From Eledone cirrhosa (taxonomy: Eukaryota): a stretch of 64,000 nucleotides of DNA. Both the position numbers and the translations under genes were made by a program. The notes under the pieces were generated by a model that had not been told where the DNA came from, searched no databases, and worked only from the letters and a program-made list of their open reading frames with translations. Of the stretch, positions 29,628-47,830 are shown piece by piece; positions within the stretch are counted from its first letter, which is position 1; every line of letters starts with the position of its first letter. The DNA lies in assembly GCA_964016885.1 (NCBI GenBank), contig OZ024746.1, positions 8,494,001 to 8,558,000 of the forward strand. The letters are read 5' to 3'.

Positions 29628-30272
29628 AATTACAAAAAACAAAAACAACACATAAAAAGAAAACAAAAAAAAAACAAACAAAAAAAAAATGATAAACAAA
29701 AATGAATATTAAGAAATAAATTAAGACAAAAATTCATTAAGCAAAAACATTTTTTTTTGAAAAAAAAAAGAAAGTAAATTATGGAGCAAAATAAAAATAT
29801 AACTAAACAATTGTTGACAATTTTATTATATTCTCCCTATTTACTTGTCTGTCTCTCTCTCCGTCTTTGTCTCTCTATCTCTCTCTCTCCCTCTCTTTCT
29901 CTCTTTCTGTCTTTGTCTCTCTTTCTCTCTCTCTAGCTCTCTCTTTCCCTCTTCCTCTCTTTCTCTCTTTCTCTCTTTGTCTCTCTCTCTCTTTCTAGCT
30001 CTGTATCTTCCCTCTTCCCCTTTTCCTCTCTTTCTCTCTTTCTCTCTTTCTCTCTTTCTATCTCTCTCTCTCTCTCTCTTCCTAGCTCTCTATCTCCCTC
30101 TCTTCCTCCCTTTCTCTCTTTCTGTCTATTCAAGTCTCTCTCTTCCCCTTTCTATCTCTTCCAGCCTCACTATCTCTGCTACACCCCACACAATCTCTAC
30201 CCCCCCCCCCTTACATTATCTCCCTTCTTTCTGTCTTCCTCTTAGATGAAGCCTCTTTATATTTCCTGTCTA

Positions 30273-33135
<2,863 letters not shown>

Positions 33136-34281
33136 CAAGGATAAAAGGCAAAGTTGACCTCGGCAGGATTTGAACTCAGAGAGTAGAAAACCGGAACGAA
33201 TAGCACAAAGCATTCTGTCCAACATTCTAACGACTTTGACAATTCACCGCCTTATATGCATCTACGTATGTGCTCTTACACATTCATACAGTGAGGTTTA
33301 TATATTTACAGGCGTATGTACAGACACAGTCACATTGGTATTTAGACATATTGCTGTTTGCAGATTGTGTCAAGCCCAAACGCAAACGCACACACACGCG
33401 TGTTTTCACACACATATAAATGCATACAAATGCAGAAGTGTACACATATATATACACCCATTCATACAAACACAGCAGCTTATACACATTTACTCCTCCA
33501 TATATTCATTGATTGTCACCTTCATAATTACACGTAAAGTTATATTGAAAATATATGAAAGCATAATGCTGCTTTCAGACATATTACGTCAAACTCAAGC
33601 CCACACACATACACACACTCGCACACACACATACTCACACACATACACTAACGTACACGCACGCATCACACACATACAAAGACAGATATGAGCAGACTCG
33701 CTTATATTTCCACCCGTTTCATAAATATTCGTACAAACACGTAGGCATAGAAAAATATTTTGAGATGAATGCACAGCGTTCCCATTTCCACACACACACA
33801 CTGACACATCCACACACACACTTACACATTGAATAACTACTACTATTGTAAAATATTTAGCAAGAACGTTGTCACAATAAAACAACAACAGCAACAACAT
33901 CCTCGCCTAAAATAACAAAGAGAACCATGAAAGAACCAATGCAATCCTTAAAATCACCAGAGAATGATTAATATGGCTTCAATGAATTCCCAGAAAACAA
34001 AGCAACCGGAAAAGAGAAGAAAAAACCCCAAAATTGCGAAAAACAATTTTCACAATAAATCAGGTGTCATATGAGGAAGATGATAGCAAATAGAAAAATA
34101 TCCAACAGTAGCACCATTATTATGGATATCATGGTGATATCATCAAAGTAACCCATCTCATTATGATGATTAGGCGGATGATGATGATTGTGATGATGAA
34201 GATGGTGATGATGATGATGATGATGATGGTGATGATTATGATGATAATGATGATTGTGATGATAATCATGATTATGATGAA

Positions 34282-34338
<57 letters not shown>

Positions 34339-34899
34339 CATCATCATCATAATCATCATCATCATCATCATCGCCGATGAACCTCCGTCCGCTTCGACGA
34401 TGAGTATTCCAGTTCAATCAACGAAACATCCATAGATGCCAACTAGATTTCCGTAACAGGGACCATGGATATTCCCCCGAAGAATATAAATAAATCTCCA
34501 GAGGAGTTGAGTTCCTACACAATAGTTCAACCTAGTTTCAACATTTCCTCAAGATCTGTGCATCTTAAAACTACCGGGGAATCTCTTTGAGGATAATTAC
34601 TGCCAAAGTTTATCACAAATTAATTCTAAACCGACTTGTTTCATCAATTGATTCACTCCTTCGAATAATCCACAACAGTCATAAACGTGGATGATCTATT
34701 TTGCTCAAATTCTGGCCCCAAGAAACAGTTAAAGAAATAATTCTGGCCCCAAGGGACAGTTAAAGAAATAATGAATTCTAGCATAGAAATGGCTTTTGTT
34801 TTTTTATTTTCTTAAAGATTTCAACAGCGCAAATAGAGATATCCTCTTCTAAATCCTTCTTTTGTATGACATTTCACACACTCTTGTGGCAACAACTGA

Positions 34900-36045
34900 G
34901 ATATAATGTCAAAACATCAGTGAATCAGATGGCCTAAATGAATTATTTGACATTACTGCAGGTGTGTTCCATTCCTATTTATCATAAAGTTAGACTACAC
35001 TCTTAGAATCCGTCTAAACACTATCAATGAGAATGACCCCGCAATCAAACGTCATTTGAGCTCAGGACATCCCTCTAAACATCTTACAAATATTGACTTT
35101 GCATATGATATTGTTCTTCCTGTAGATTGCATGAATAATTCCCAACACCACCTGGCGGCTCTCAAAGAAAAAAGCTGCTCTTGTTGGTCTACATCTCAAT
35201 GAAAGCAAGACTGGGCATATCTCAAATTCATCCGCTCAAAGCATAACTTCAAAGAGAAATTAAGAGAGTTAACGATTCTTGGGCCACGGACTCTCGAAAC
35301 GTTTTCAATACCAGAAAAGCCCAGGCATGGTCAGAATGTAATAAGATTTACAGACTATGGTGTCCCAACTAAGCAAATTCCCTCAAAGCAAAATACAACC
35401 AAACATACTTTATTAAAAAAACACAGCAAAATCGCCCCGAGGGAGCACGTACATCCTTGCTTTGTCGAGTTCGAAACATAAGCTGGAGGTAATATAAGAC
35501 ATTTAGAAAAATATACAATGCTCTCCTTCGTATTTCTGATATTGTGAAAAAGAGGAAGGTGGTGGTGGGGGATTTCAGCCCATTATGTCTCCTTTATTGC
35601 TTTGCAAACCAACATCTGACAAAAGCCAAAAAGGACACAAACTCTCTTATCCAGATATTATAACCAGGGCGGTGGATTGGCAGTATCGGCAGAGGGTCGG
35701 ACGCAGAGTTACGCCCTTTTACGGTCTGAGTTCAAATCCCGCTGGTGTTAACTTTGCTTTTATCCTTACGGGGGTCGATAAAATAACGTACCAGTAATGT
35801 ACTTGGAAGGCGCATGGCTTAGTGGTTAGAGCATTGGGCTTGCAATCGAAAGGTTGTGAGTTCAATTCTCGGACCGGGTGATGTGTTGTTTCCTTGAGCA
35901 AGACACTTTATTTCACGTTGCTTCAGTTTACTCAGCTGTAGAAATGAGATGATAGGACTGGGGTCCCTATCATTAAATTACCCAAGACACCTCCAATGAG
36001 ATATACCTTGGAGGAGGCCAGCTAAACCTACATAGGTGTGAGCTG

Positions 36046-36124
<79 letters not shown>

Positions 36125-36210
36125 GTACTGGGTAATTGCTGGCCTTGTGCCAAAAGTAGAAACAATTATAACCAAAGACCCTGGTATTGATGTTCAGGTT
36201 TTAGGCAATA
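34900..36210 (+). pseudogene. Degenerate LINE reverse transcriptase (RTE-like), interrupted by nested SINEs
   Basis: Manual translation gives LFDITAGV..FLFIIKLDYTLR, LTNIDFAYDIVL (cf. FADD) and GLHLNESKT, with stops and frameshifts. Confidence 0.55.
35667..36165 (+). mobile_element. S1 SINE (TSD attataacca) containing an S2 SINE (35805-36121, TSD aatgtact)
   Basis: Duplications at 35657/36165 and 35796/36122. Confidence 0.85.
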
Positions 36211-36557
36211 CAATGTACGACTGCCTTACGTGGAGATCTAACAGTGAGTCTATTTTCGCCGAGGCCGCATGATGCATATAAAGCCCACTGATAGCCATAT
36301 AACTATATATTTTCCACGCAATCTAAGGACATTTCTTGCTATTTCAGGCTACTCCAAGATATTCTCAGGATCAGACGTTTTATGCCAAGGCAGTAAGTGA
36401 GCAATAATTGCCTGAGGCGACAGGTTTTACAAACCTATTGATAATAGTTTATTAGTTTCTCGTCTGAGAACCGGATGAGAAAATATTAGATAAATATCTA
36501 TTAGTTTTGAAATGTTGATACGTTTTAAACCTATTTCTATAAGCAACACACACACAC

Positions 36558-36606
<49 letters not shown>

Positions 36607-36739
36607 CATATATATATATACATATATATATATATGTATGTATAAGATGATTGCAAAAAGTAAATGGTAACAATACAGCAAACATCACAGTAAAATGAAG
36701 AAATATATTAGTTTAACCCTTGATATAGTAGGAAAAGAG

Positions 36740-36775
36740 TCTTTACGTTTCGGAAACTAGTCCTTCATCAGAAGA
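36740..36775 (-). ncRNA. Minimal hammerhead motif
   Basis: tctt-CTGATGA-aggactagtttcc-GAAA-cg-TA-aaga; same family as 44201-44236. Confidence 0.65.
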
Positions 36776-37013
36776 TAGAATGAGAAATAAAAGATGAAAT
36801 AGAAAGATAGAGAGTGAGAAGAGGAAGGGACGGAAATATTTTTTTTGTGAAAAAGCACGTGTGTATTCAGTCAGCCATTTTGTATAGCTAGCTGTCGAAA
36901 TGGCCGGAGCTCAGCCGTCGGGGTCCTGACTTTTCCTATTACCCACTCTACTACACAGGATCGAGTACTTTGGCGCGTTATGGTCCACCTGGTTACTTAC
37001 CACACTTCCTTCG

Positions 37014-37079
<66 letters not shown>

Positions 37080-38619
37080 TCAGAGATCAGAGCAAACAGC
37101 ACGGACACTCTATCTCAAAATTATTTTTGAAAAGCATTTAGAAATGCGCAACCGGTAAAAACTTAAAAACTTAAAACCACAACTGAATACTAACCCATAC
37201 AATCACTAATACTCTTTTATTCCTAATTAAACCATTTTTCAACTGTGAACAATTTGTCAGCATTTTCTATTCCGTTTACCAATATATATATATATATATA
37301 TATATAACTTAATTTTCGGTTTAATCAATACATATAAGATATGTTTAGATAATATTTTGCAGTAAAAAGTCAATAAACTTCTCTTTAGAGCATCAATAAT
37401 ATAAAATAATTTTAAACGATATTATATGTATATACGATGTACAGTATGTATATATGATATATGTATATATGATATATGTATATATGATATATGTATATAC
37501 GATATATATATATACGATATATGTATAAACGATATATGTATATACATAAATAAGACCGTTATTTCTCCAATCAGACCACACTCACCAAACACCAACCTGT
37601 ACTCATGACTCTTGCCAAACCAAGCCTCACTCACCCTCCAAATTCGGCAGACCGTGGACCCCCCCCAACCTTCCCGTCATATATATAACTAGACCACAAC
37701 AACCAGATCGGGTGGACAGACCTTATCAAGCTTTAAAAAAATCAATGTTTTTTTTTTCTCTAAATCTTACTATTTGTTCAGATTGCTTATCACAGTATTA
37801 ATCGGTGTGTTGGACATCTCTGTCGATTCCGACTTCGAGTTTCCCATTGTTCAACCAACGGATCCGTCAGAACGTGGCTGAGTATTCCACAGTCACGTGT
37901 ACCCTTAATGTAATTCTCAGGGAGATTCAGCGTGTGTGATAAAGCTAGCTCTTTGAAGCACAGCTGCAACTCATTTCCCCACCCCACCCCACCAGTCCGG
38001 TGGAATGGAGCAACGTGAAATAAAGTGTCTTGCTCAAGGAGACCATGGATTACTAGGGATCTCTCTCATCACCCTCAGCCCAGCCCACCAACCGGTGTAA
38101 TTACCTAAATAACAAAAGGAAGCAACACAATATGAAATCGATAACGTAAACACTATAGTGATTGCCTTCTTCTCATCAAATAATCTTCTTCTTCTTCTTC
38201 TTCTTCTTCTTCTTCTTCTTCTTCTTCTTCTTCTCCCACTTATTCCTGAGAGGACCGTGTGAGCAGAGTCCTCAAACACTCTTCTTCTTCTTCTTCTTCT
38301 TCTTCTTCTTCTTCTTCTTCTTCTTCTTCTTCTTCTTCTTCATCATCATCATCATCATAAACTTCTTCATAATCTCCCTCTTATTTTTCAACTCCTCTTC
38401 CTACCCTCCTCCACCTTCTCCTCTCACCCCACCTATTCCTTCCTCTGCTACCCCCCCTCTTCCTACTCCTGCAATCACTTAACGGTTGGTTATTCTATTT
38501 AATGTAAGGGAAATAACTTATATAAAGAAAAATAAACAAGGGAGATAATAAAAGGTTACTTAATTCAGTTAATGTAGTAATTATCGATCGCAGTCACACA
38601 CGTTTGACAATGTAATACG

Positions 38620-38915
38620 TGATATTGTATGATATTGTGTGATATTGTGTGATATTGTGTGATATTGTGTGATATTGTGTGATATTGTGTGATATTGTGT
38701 GATATTGTGTGATATTGTGTGATATTGTGTGTGAGTGTTTTGATATCAAATAAAGAATTTGTCTTACGTTTACAGAAAATATGATGTAATATTTATTGAA
38801 TATTGTGCAAGAAAATTTCCTGGAAGTCACTAGCAGTCTCTTTCTCTCTCTTTCTCATTGTCACTATCGGTCTCCTCCCCCACTCTCTCTCATTGTCACT
38901 ATCTATCGGTCTTTG

Positions 38916-38948
<33 letters not shown>

Positions 38949-38977
38949 GTCACTATCGGTCTCTGTCTCTCTGTCGG

Positions 38978-39032
<55 letters not shown>

Positions 39033-39195
39033 GTCACTATCGGTCTCTGTCTCTCTGTCGGTCTCTCTGTCGGTCTCTCTCTCTCTCTCTCTCATTGTCA
39101 CTATCGGTCTCTGTCTCTCTCTCTCTCTCATTGTCACTATCGGTCTCCGTCTCTCTGTCGGTCTCTCTCTCTCTCTCTCTCATTGTCACTGTCGG

Positions 39196-39244
<49 letters not shown>

Positions 39245-39300
39245 GTCACTATCGGTCTCTGTCTCTCTCTCTCTCTCATTGTCACTGCCGGTCTCTCATT
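38620..39300. repeat. (GATATTGTGT)n array followed by a ctcattgtcactatcggtctc+(CT)n compound minisatellite
   Basis: Direct observation. Confidence 0.85.
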
Positions 39301-39485
39301 CTCCCCCCCCCCTCTCTCTCCTTCTTCCTCTCTCTCACCCTTCCTCTCTCTCTGAGCCTCATCTATTCGCAGGTGACCATAAGCAAGCTCCACCATGAAC
39401 ACACATATGCTTGTATGTACACACACACAAGCGCGCGCACAAGTACACACGCACACACACACACATATATATATATGTATGTATG

Positions 39486-39533
<48 letters not shown>

Positions 39534-39544
<11 letters not shown>

Positions 39545-39680
39545 TCAAACGCATATACATATATGTAAGTGTATGTTTGCGTGTGTGTACGTAGGTATAC
39601 AATAGTATAATTTTTATATGTTGCTTTGTAAAATGTTATTGTTGCTCTCTCTCTCTCTCTGTGTATATCTATATATATAT

Positions 39681-39763
<83 letters not shown>

Positions 39764-39871
39764 AACAATAACATTTTACAAAGCAACATATATAAATTAT
39801 ACTATTGTATACCTACGTACACACACGCAAACATACACTTACATATATGTATATGCGTTTGAGTGTGTGTA

Positions 39872-39874
<3 letters not shown>
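39534..39874. repeat. Inverted repeat with ~125 bp arms around a (CT)/(GA) spacer
   Basis: Near-perfect reverse-complement arms, with (TA)n outside both. Confidence 0.9.
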
Positions 39875-39939
<65 letters not shown>

Positions 39940-39952
39940 CATATATATATAC

Positions 39953-40226
<274 letters not shown>

Positions 40227-40264
40227 GTGTACGTATACATCAAATATGTATGTTCTGGTTTTAT

Positions 40265-40450
40265 TGAACTGGCAAAATCGGTAGAGCGTCGGAAACTCTG
40301 CTTCGCAGCAAAGAATTATGTCCCTTTATGGTCTGAGTTCAAATCCCGCCGAGGTTAACTTTGCCATTCATCCTTACAGGGTCGATAAAATGAAGTACCA
40401 GTAATGGACTGAGTAATTGCTGGCCTTGTGCCGAAAGTAGAAACAATTAT
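40265..40450 (+). mobile_element. S1 SINE
   Basis: S1 body and 3' end. Confidence 0.8.
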
Positions 40451-40537
40451 CTAGAATAAAAAAAATTCATCATCTGAACGAGAGCCAGTTTCTAACACCG
40501 GAGAAAGGCAACACCAACTGAGTAGTTATATATGTCA

Positions 40538-40614
<77 letters not shown>

Positions 40615-40705
40615 ATTTGTGTGTGTGGTATGGATGTCATGTATGGACAGTTTTGAGTTATATATGCACATATACATGTTTTTCTATTGTACGTGTTTAT
40701 ATATA

Positions 40706-40782
<77 letters not shown>

Positions 40783-41762
40783 TATACAATTATCAAAGTT
40801 GTGTACAAATCATTTAATAGCTGACAATCGTTTCTTCCAAACTCTCGTTTGGAATCATCGGATCATTATAAATGTTTGCACATATAATTAATCTCCTATT
40901 CAACTGAACAATAATATAGATACATATAAATTGATGTTGTGAGCAACAGTTTCGTATTTACCGGGTGGAATGGATGTGACATATATTTTACGAGAATTGT
41001 ACAATAATTGTACAAACATTCAAGTTCAAATTCAAATTAAAATCAAAAGCACGGAGTGGAATACATGCAACAGATAATACAAGAGAATAGTCCAATCATT
41101 AAAGAGGCATTGAGAAAGTAGTTTTGAGAAAGGAAGAGTACATTAACAATTCATATTCAGGCGTGTGGAGAGTGTAATTCCGTTAGTCATATACATGAGC
41201 AGGAGACAAGCAAATATATTATGCATATATAGATGAATAAATACTGCACTTTAAGCAAATATGTTAATGTATTAGAATCTATGGTGGATGCTGTATGCTG
41301 ATAGTGTTCGAATTTGTGTGTGTTAAAAAACCTACAGTTTTTGCAGACTTTTCCATGACATGTGTTGAATTAAATTTTAGTTAATGTTTATATTTATATT
41401 GAATGTTTTAAGTTAGTTAGAGCAATGGATTGTAAATTAGTCTTAATGTATTCATATTCATAGACTATATTTGATCAACCGGTAAATTTTCCGGTTGATC
41501 ATTGAAACCCTGCATTTGGATTTTAATATCAATTCCAATGGGTCCAGGTCTGTTTTTTATCATTTATTTTGTTTTGACCTGTTTAGCTTGATTTGCTTTT
41601 TGGCTTAGGTGGTTGATGCTTTCTTTTCCACTATTTCAGTTTTGTAGGGCCTCTTAACATATTGTTTAGCTCTGGTTTTTTAACCATGGAGCGCTTGCCA
41701 GAATTATTTCTGAATTTTGCGTTTCGTTTCGCCTTTTCTATTCGCCGAAATGCGATTCTCGC

Positions 41763-41854
<92 letters not shown>

Positions 41855-41875
41855 TCTCTCTTTCTCTCTCTCTCA

Positions 41876-41912
<37 letters not shown>

Positions 41913-42129
41913 AATATATATATAAATATATATATATATATGTATATACATATATACAAACATATATGTGTATATACATATACATATATATATATACACA
42001 CATACATATATATATAAATATATATATATATATACACACACACATATATATATATATAAATATATAAATATATATATATAAATAAAATAAAAAATCTCTC
42101 TCTCTATATATATATACATACATATATAT

Positions 42130-42265
<136 letters not shown>

Positions 42266-42266
42266 A

Positions 42267-42352
<86 letters not shown>

Positions 42353-42463
42353 TATATATATATATATGTGTACTTATATATATGTATGTATGTGCGTGCA
42401 CATATAACTCACATTTTTTCAATTCCGTTAATGGATCGCACTAGCAGTTTCCTTATGTATGTG

Positions 42464-42522
<59 letters not shown>

Positions 42523-42886
42523 CTATCTATGTATCTATGTAACGTTTGATCTTACAGAGACATGAAAGTGCTAACTACACGTAGTATGGAAGTGTATCAA
42601 GTTTATTATAAAGTCAATAGATTTTACTAAATGTATCGAATCTATTTCATCTCTCTTTAACTATCTGTCTGTCCTCCTATTGCTCTTTGTCTGGTCTCCC
42701 TCCCTCACACGGACACATATACGCAAACATACACACATACACACACACGCGCGCGCGCGCGCGCACACACACACACACACATATATATATGTGTGTGCAT
42801 GCGCGCGCGCGTGTGTGTGTGTCTGTGTGTGTGTATATATATATATACACATATATACATATGTATATATCTATATATATATATAC

Positions 42887-42954
<68 letters not shown>

Positions 42955-43065
42955 CCACACCCAGCACACACACAGGACCCCCATGGTTGAGCTCCGCCCG
43001 TTACGACAGTTCGGATCTAGTTGTCGAAACGGCCGCAGTTCAACCGTCGGGCTCCTGAATCTTTT

Positions 43066-43096
<31 letters not shown>

Positions 43097-43574
43097 TAGT
43101 TTAACGCCTCTCATCAATAAACATTTGGTTGACTTCGAAAAATTCATATTTGTAGACATCCTAATGTAAATGACCATAATAATTGCCGATCATTATAATT
43201 GAGAAAACCAAGTAAAATACCTCTGAGGAATGAAATCCCGCATCTCTCGGATGCTGGGTGTGCGCGTTAACCACTACGCCAAAAAGCCACTGGACACTAA
43301 TTCTGTCTTCTTAAAAGACCAAGGGTTACTTTATCCGATTTTCCTCAGCTATTATTTTATAACGAACAACTATTCATATAGTAAATTGTGTTGGGACTAT
43401 TACATTTCAAATTCTAATATTTTTTTAGTCTATACACGGTGCTACAAAATGTTTAAGTCTGCTATAGCACTTCCACTAATTCTGCACCACCGTAAACAGT
43501 CCGCAGTGGTGGACATACCTAGACATTGAAACCTAAGGTAGTGGAATAAATATTAATAAATATCCCCCTCCCTC

Positions 43575-43626
<52 letters not shown>

Positions 43627-43668
43627 TAAATAAATATAAACGGGTGTGTATGATTGTGTATAGAAGAT

Positions 43669-44050
43669 TATATTAATAAAAGGAATTCCAATTTTGTCTG
43701 ATTTACTCGTTTTATTTACAATCCTTTAAAATTTATAATGGTATTAGAATGAAATAGTATGGTAGAATATTAAATGTTAAGTGTTAATTGAACAAGTACT
43801 TTCATGCTTTCGCAATCTTCAGGTTCATAATGTGTGGTGACAGGCAAGTTTGCAATTTTCAACAGTTGAAATTTGCAAACTTGACTGTCCCCACAGAATA
43901 TGAACCTGAAGATTGCGAAAGCATGAAAGTACTTGTTCAATTAACACTTAACATTTAATATTCTACCATACTATTTCATTATAATACCATTATAATTTTA
44001 AAGGATTGTAAATAAAACGAGTAAATCAGACAAAATTGGAATTCCTTTTA

Positions 44051-44058
<8 letters not shown>
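43669..44058. repeat. ~390 bp palindrome (centre 43864) beside (TA)n
   Basis: Arms differ at only a few positions. Confidence 0.9.
43901..43939 (+). ncRNA. Minimal hammerhead motif (mirror copy 43789-43827, minus)
   Basis: tgaac-CTGAAGA-ttgc(gaaa)gcat-GAAA-gtac-TT-gttca; palindromic stem III AGTACT. Confidence 0.75.
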
Positions 44059-44116
<58 letters not shown>

Positions 44117-44200
44117 AAAGGTAAACAGAAATAACAACACAATCAATACAGTCTATGGAAGTGATATATTAGGTTAACGTTTGATATAGCAGGAAGAGGG

Positions 44201-44236
44201 CCTTAACGTTTCGGACGCTAGTCCTTCATCAGAAGA
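44201..44236 (-). ncRNA. Minimal hammerhead motif
   Basis: tctt-CTGATGA-aggactagcgtcc-GAAA-cg-TT-aagg. Confidence 0.65.
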
Positions 44237-45469
44237 AAGAATGATAAATAAGATAGATTGAGGGGACTGGCGGATTGGAATTGGAAAAAAAAAATATATA
44301 TACATATATATATAAATATATGTGATGTGTGTGTGTGCATGCGTGTGTAAAATCATACATATTATATGTATAGACACAATATATGTGTGTATACACGAGC
44401 TCTCTGCAAAGTTACTATTACGCCTACCCACTTTCCTCTACATCCCAACACTGTTCGCCACCCCACCATTCTCTTCCACTGCACCGTCCAAACAATTTGC
44501 TAATAAATGTAACATCCGATCACTCTAATGACCTTCAAACACAAAATACTTCAGTTAAAAATTTCAGTTGATAGGCCTACATGATTCCAGCTGACCAAAA
44601 TAGCGTTTTTGTTTTATATTTTCTCTCCTATTTATAGAAAAATTACCCCTCTTATCTAGCTCACAAGTAAACTGGTCGACAAATCAAATAGATTTGAATC
44701 TATCTCAAGTATAAAAAAATGTGTTGTTGAAACAAATACACACCCAAACACACACGTAATTACCACTTGCATTAAAAGATAGAAAGAAATAAAAACTCCC
44801 ACTGCCTCCAAACAAACACACAACTCCCACTCGTATCCCAGCACACGTAAGACACAACCAGCCCCCAAGCTAAATTCATCTCCTATAAATACAAAATCCA
44901 TTTCTCTAATCTTTACTACTCTGAACTTCTCGCAGGGAGGCATTGAACTTTCCAATCGACAAATTAAATAAATAAATAAATATAAACACACACACACACA
45001 CACAAACACACACATGCACGCACACGCACAAACACATGCACACACACATGTATATACATATATATATATATACACACACTCGCACACACACATACGCACA
45101 CACATATATATACATATTAGAGAGAGAGAGAGGAAGAGAAAGTGAGAGAGAGAGAGAGAGTGAGAGAGAGACAAAGAAAAAGAGAAGAAGAGAGAGCGGG
45201 AAATAAATAGAGAGAGAGAGAGAGATAAACCCCATCCCAGGAACTAATGAATAATCCAATAAATAAAAAAAGTATCCATTGTTAAATCCGAGTAGGTTTA
45301 TTTTATTAAATGTTCCTTACAGCCTGGACACATTGTTTCAACTAAGGCATCATCATTATATATTTATATTTCATTACGTTCTCTGTTTAAATTCAGCAAG
45401 GCTCGTTTTTCCATTTCATCCTTCCGTACCATGTACGTATCATGTACTCTCTCTTCTCTTAGTCCCATA

Positions 45470-46755
45470 ACTCCTGAGGTAGTCTTAGGGGCGCCATATT
45501 GAGATACGGCGTTTCTAGGGCAGTTTTTACATCCTAGCGGAGTTCATTTTCCCTCCAGGTGTGAATACAGCAGATTCTTCTAGAGAAGGATAAAGAGTGA
45601 GAGAAAGAGATATAGAAGAAGAATCGACCCCAGTACTAGATTGCTACTTTTTTAAAATCGAACTTGAAGGGACGAAAGACAAAGTACCTCGGCAGGATTT
45701 GTACTGAGCGAGCAGATAACCGGAATGAATACCACAAAGCATTCTATCCAACGTTCTAACGACTGCCATTCTATCCGACGTTCTAACGACTGCCATTCTA
45801 TCCGACGTTCTAACGACTGCCATTCTATCCGACGTTCTAACCACTGCCATTCTATCTGACGTTCTAACGACTGCCATTCTATCCGACGTTCTAACGACTG
45901 CCATTCTATCCGACGTTCTAACGATGCCATTCTATCCGACGTTCTAACGACTGCCATTCTATCTGACGTTCTAACGACTGCCATTCTATCTGACGTTCTA
46001 ACGACTGCCATTCTATCCGACGTTCTAACGACTGCCATTCTATCTGACGTTCTAACGACTGCCATTCTATCCGACGTTCTAACCACTGCCATTCTATCTG
46101 ACGTTCTAACGACTCTGCCATTCTATCTGACGTTCTAACGATTGCCATTCTATCTGACGTTCTAACGACTGCCATTCTATCCGACGTTCTAACGACTGCC
46201 ATTCTATCCGACGTTCTAACGACTGCCATTCTATCTGACGTTCTAACGACTGCCATTCTATCCGACGTTCTAACGACTGCCATTCTATCCGACGTTCTAA
46301 CGACTGCCATTCTATCCGACGTTCTAACGACTGCCATTCTATCTGACGTTCTAACGACTGCCATTCTATCTGACGTTCTAACGACTGCCATTCTATCTGA
46401 CGTTCTAACGACTGCCATTCTATCCGACGTTCTAACGACTGCCATTCTATCTGACGTTCTAACGACTGCCATTCTATCCGACGTTCTAACGACTGCCATT
46501 CTATCTGACGTTCTAACGACTCTGCCATTCTATCTGACGTTCTAACGACTGCCATTCTATCTGACGTTCTAACGACTGCCATTCTATCTGACGTTCTAAC
46601 GACTGCCATTCTATCCGACGTTCTAACCACTGCCATTCTATCTGACGTTCTAACGACTGCCATTCTATCCGACGTTCTAACGACTGCCATTCTATCCGAC
46701 GTTCTAACGACTGCCATTCTATCTGACGTTCTAACCACTCTGCCAATTCGCCGTC
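45470..46755 (-). mobile_element. S1b SINE whose 5' head contains a ~1 kb array of a 27 bp unit (45741-46745, about 37 copies)
   Basis: Unit on the minus strand is tggcagtcgttagaacgtcggatagaa; the SINE start lies on one side and the SINE body on the other. Confidence 0.85.
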
Positions 46756-46837
46756 GACAATCATCTACTAATATACATTAAATTTATTATGCTCCCTTTC
46801 GCTAAATAGGATAGCAATCATTATTACACAACGGAAA

Positions 46838-47250
46838 GGGCGGTGGATTGGCAGTATCGGTAGAGTGTTGGACGCCATGCTTTCCAGCATAGTTACGTCC
46901 CTTTACGATCTGAGTTCAAATCCCGTCGAGGTTGACTTTGCCTCTCATACTTACGGGGTCGATAAAATAAAGTACCAGTAATGCACTGGGTAATTGCTGG
47001 CCTTGTGCCTAAAGTAGAAACAATTATTACACAACGGATTGCTAGTATCGGTAGAAGGTCGGACGTCCATGCTTTTCAGCATAGAGTTACGCCCCTTTAT
47101 AGTCTGAGTTCAAATCTCGCCAAGGTTCACTTTGCCTTTCATCCTTACGGGGTCGATAAAATAAAGTACCAGTAATGCACTGGGGTCGATTTAATCGACT
47201 TTCCCTTCCCCCCAAAATTGCTGGCCTTGTGCCTATATAAGAAACCATTA
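46838..47250 (+). mobile_element. Two tandem S1 SINEs with a triplicated 15 bp target site
   Basis: attattacacaacgg at about 46819, 47023 and 47247. Confidence 0.85.
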
Positions 47251-47609
47251 TTACACAACGGTTTAAGGCTTTCGTTGCCATATTTCTAATTAAAGATGTT
47301 GCTTATGATTTTCAGTTGTGCCCCCTTCCGAACCCCATTTGGGGTCTCGGGATACGCAATACTTGTGCGTTCATCCCACGTCATCCATGACAGGTCGCAA
47401 GCTCATCGCGTGTTTTTGCGGCATGAAATGGAGACTGCATTATATTTTTCGAACAGGCTCCCTTAACACCCGAACGCGTCCCTTTTTAACCTGCACGAAG
47501 GACGATTTAATTCCTCTCACCATATTGCAGTTTAGGTGATCTTATTCCCGCCAATCACCAATCGGGTTCAATCCGGGTTGACCAGGGGCTACACAACAAC
47601 AGTAACACT

Positions 47610-47830
47610 AATTGTTTCTACTTTTGGCACAAGGCCAGAAATTATCCCAGTGTATTACTGGTACTTTATTTTATCGACCCTGTAAAGATGAAAGGCAAAG
47701 TTAACCTGGGCGGGATTTGAACTCAGACCATAAAGAGCCGTAACTCTTTGCTGCAAAGCATGGCGTCCGACCCTCTACCGATTCTGCCAACCCATAATGG
47801 TTTCTAATTTGGGAGGAAGGCCTACAATTT
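47610..47830 (-). mobile_element. S1 SINE (other minus-strand copies at about 16270-16430, 28410-28575, 33136-33250, 57650-57825, 63195-63362)
   Basis: Reverse complement of S1. Confidence 0.8.

Noticed and set aside
45644-46764. CRISPR-like array or MAVVRTSDR repeat protein
   Set aside because: Units are contiguous with no unique spacers, derive from a SINE head, and shift frame.
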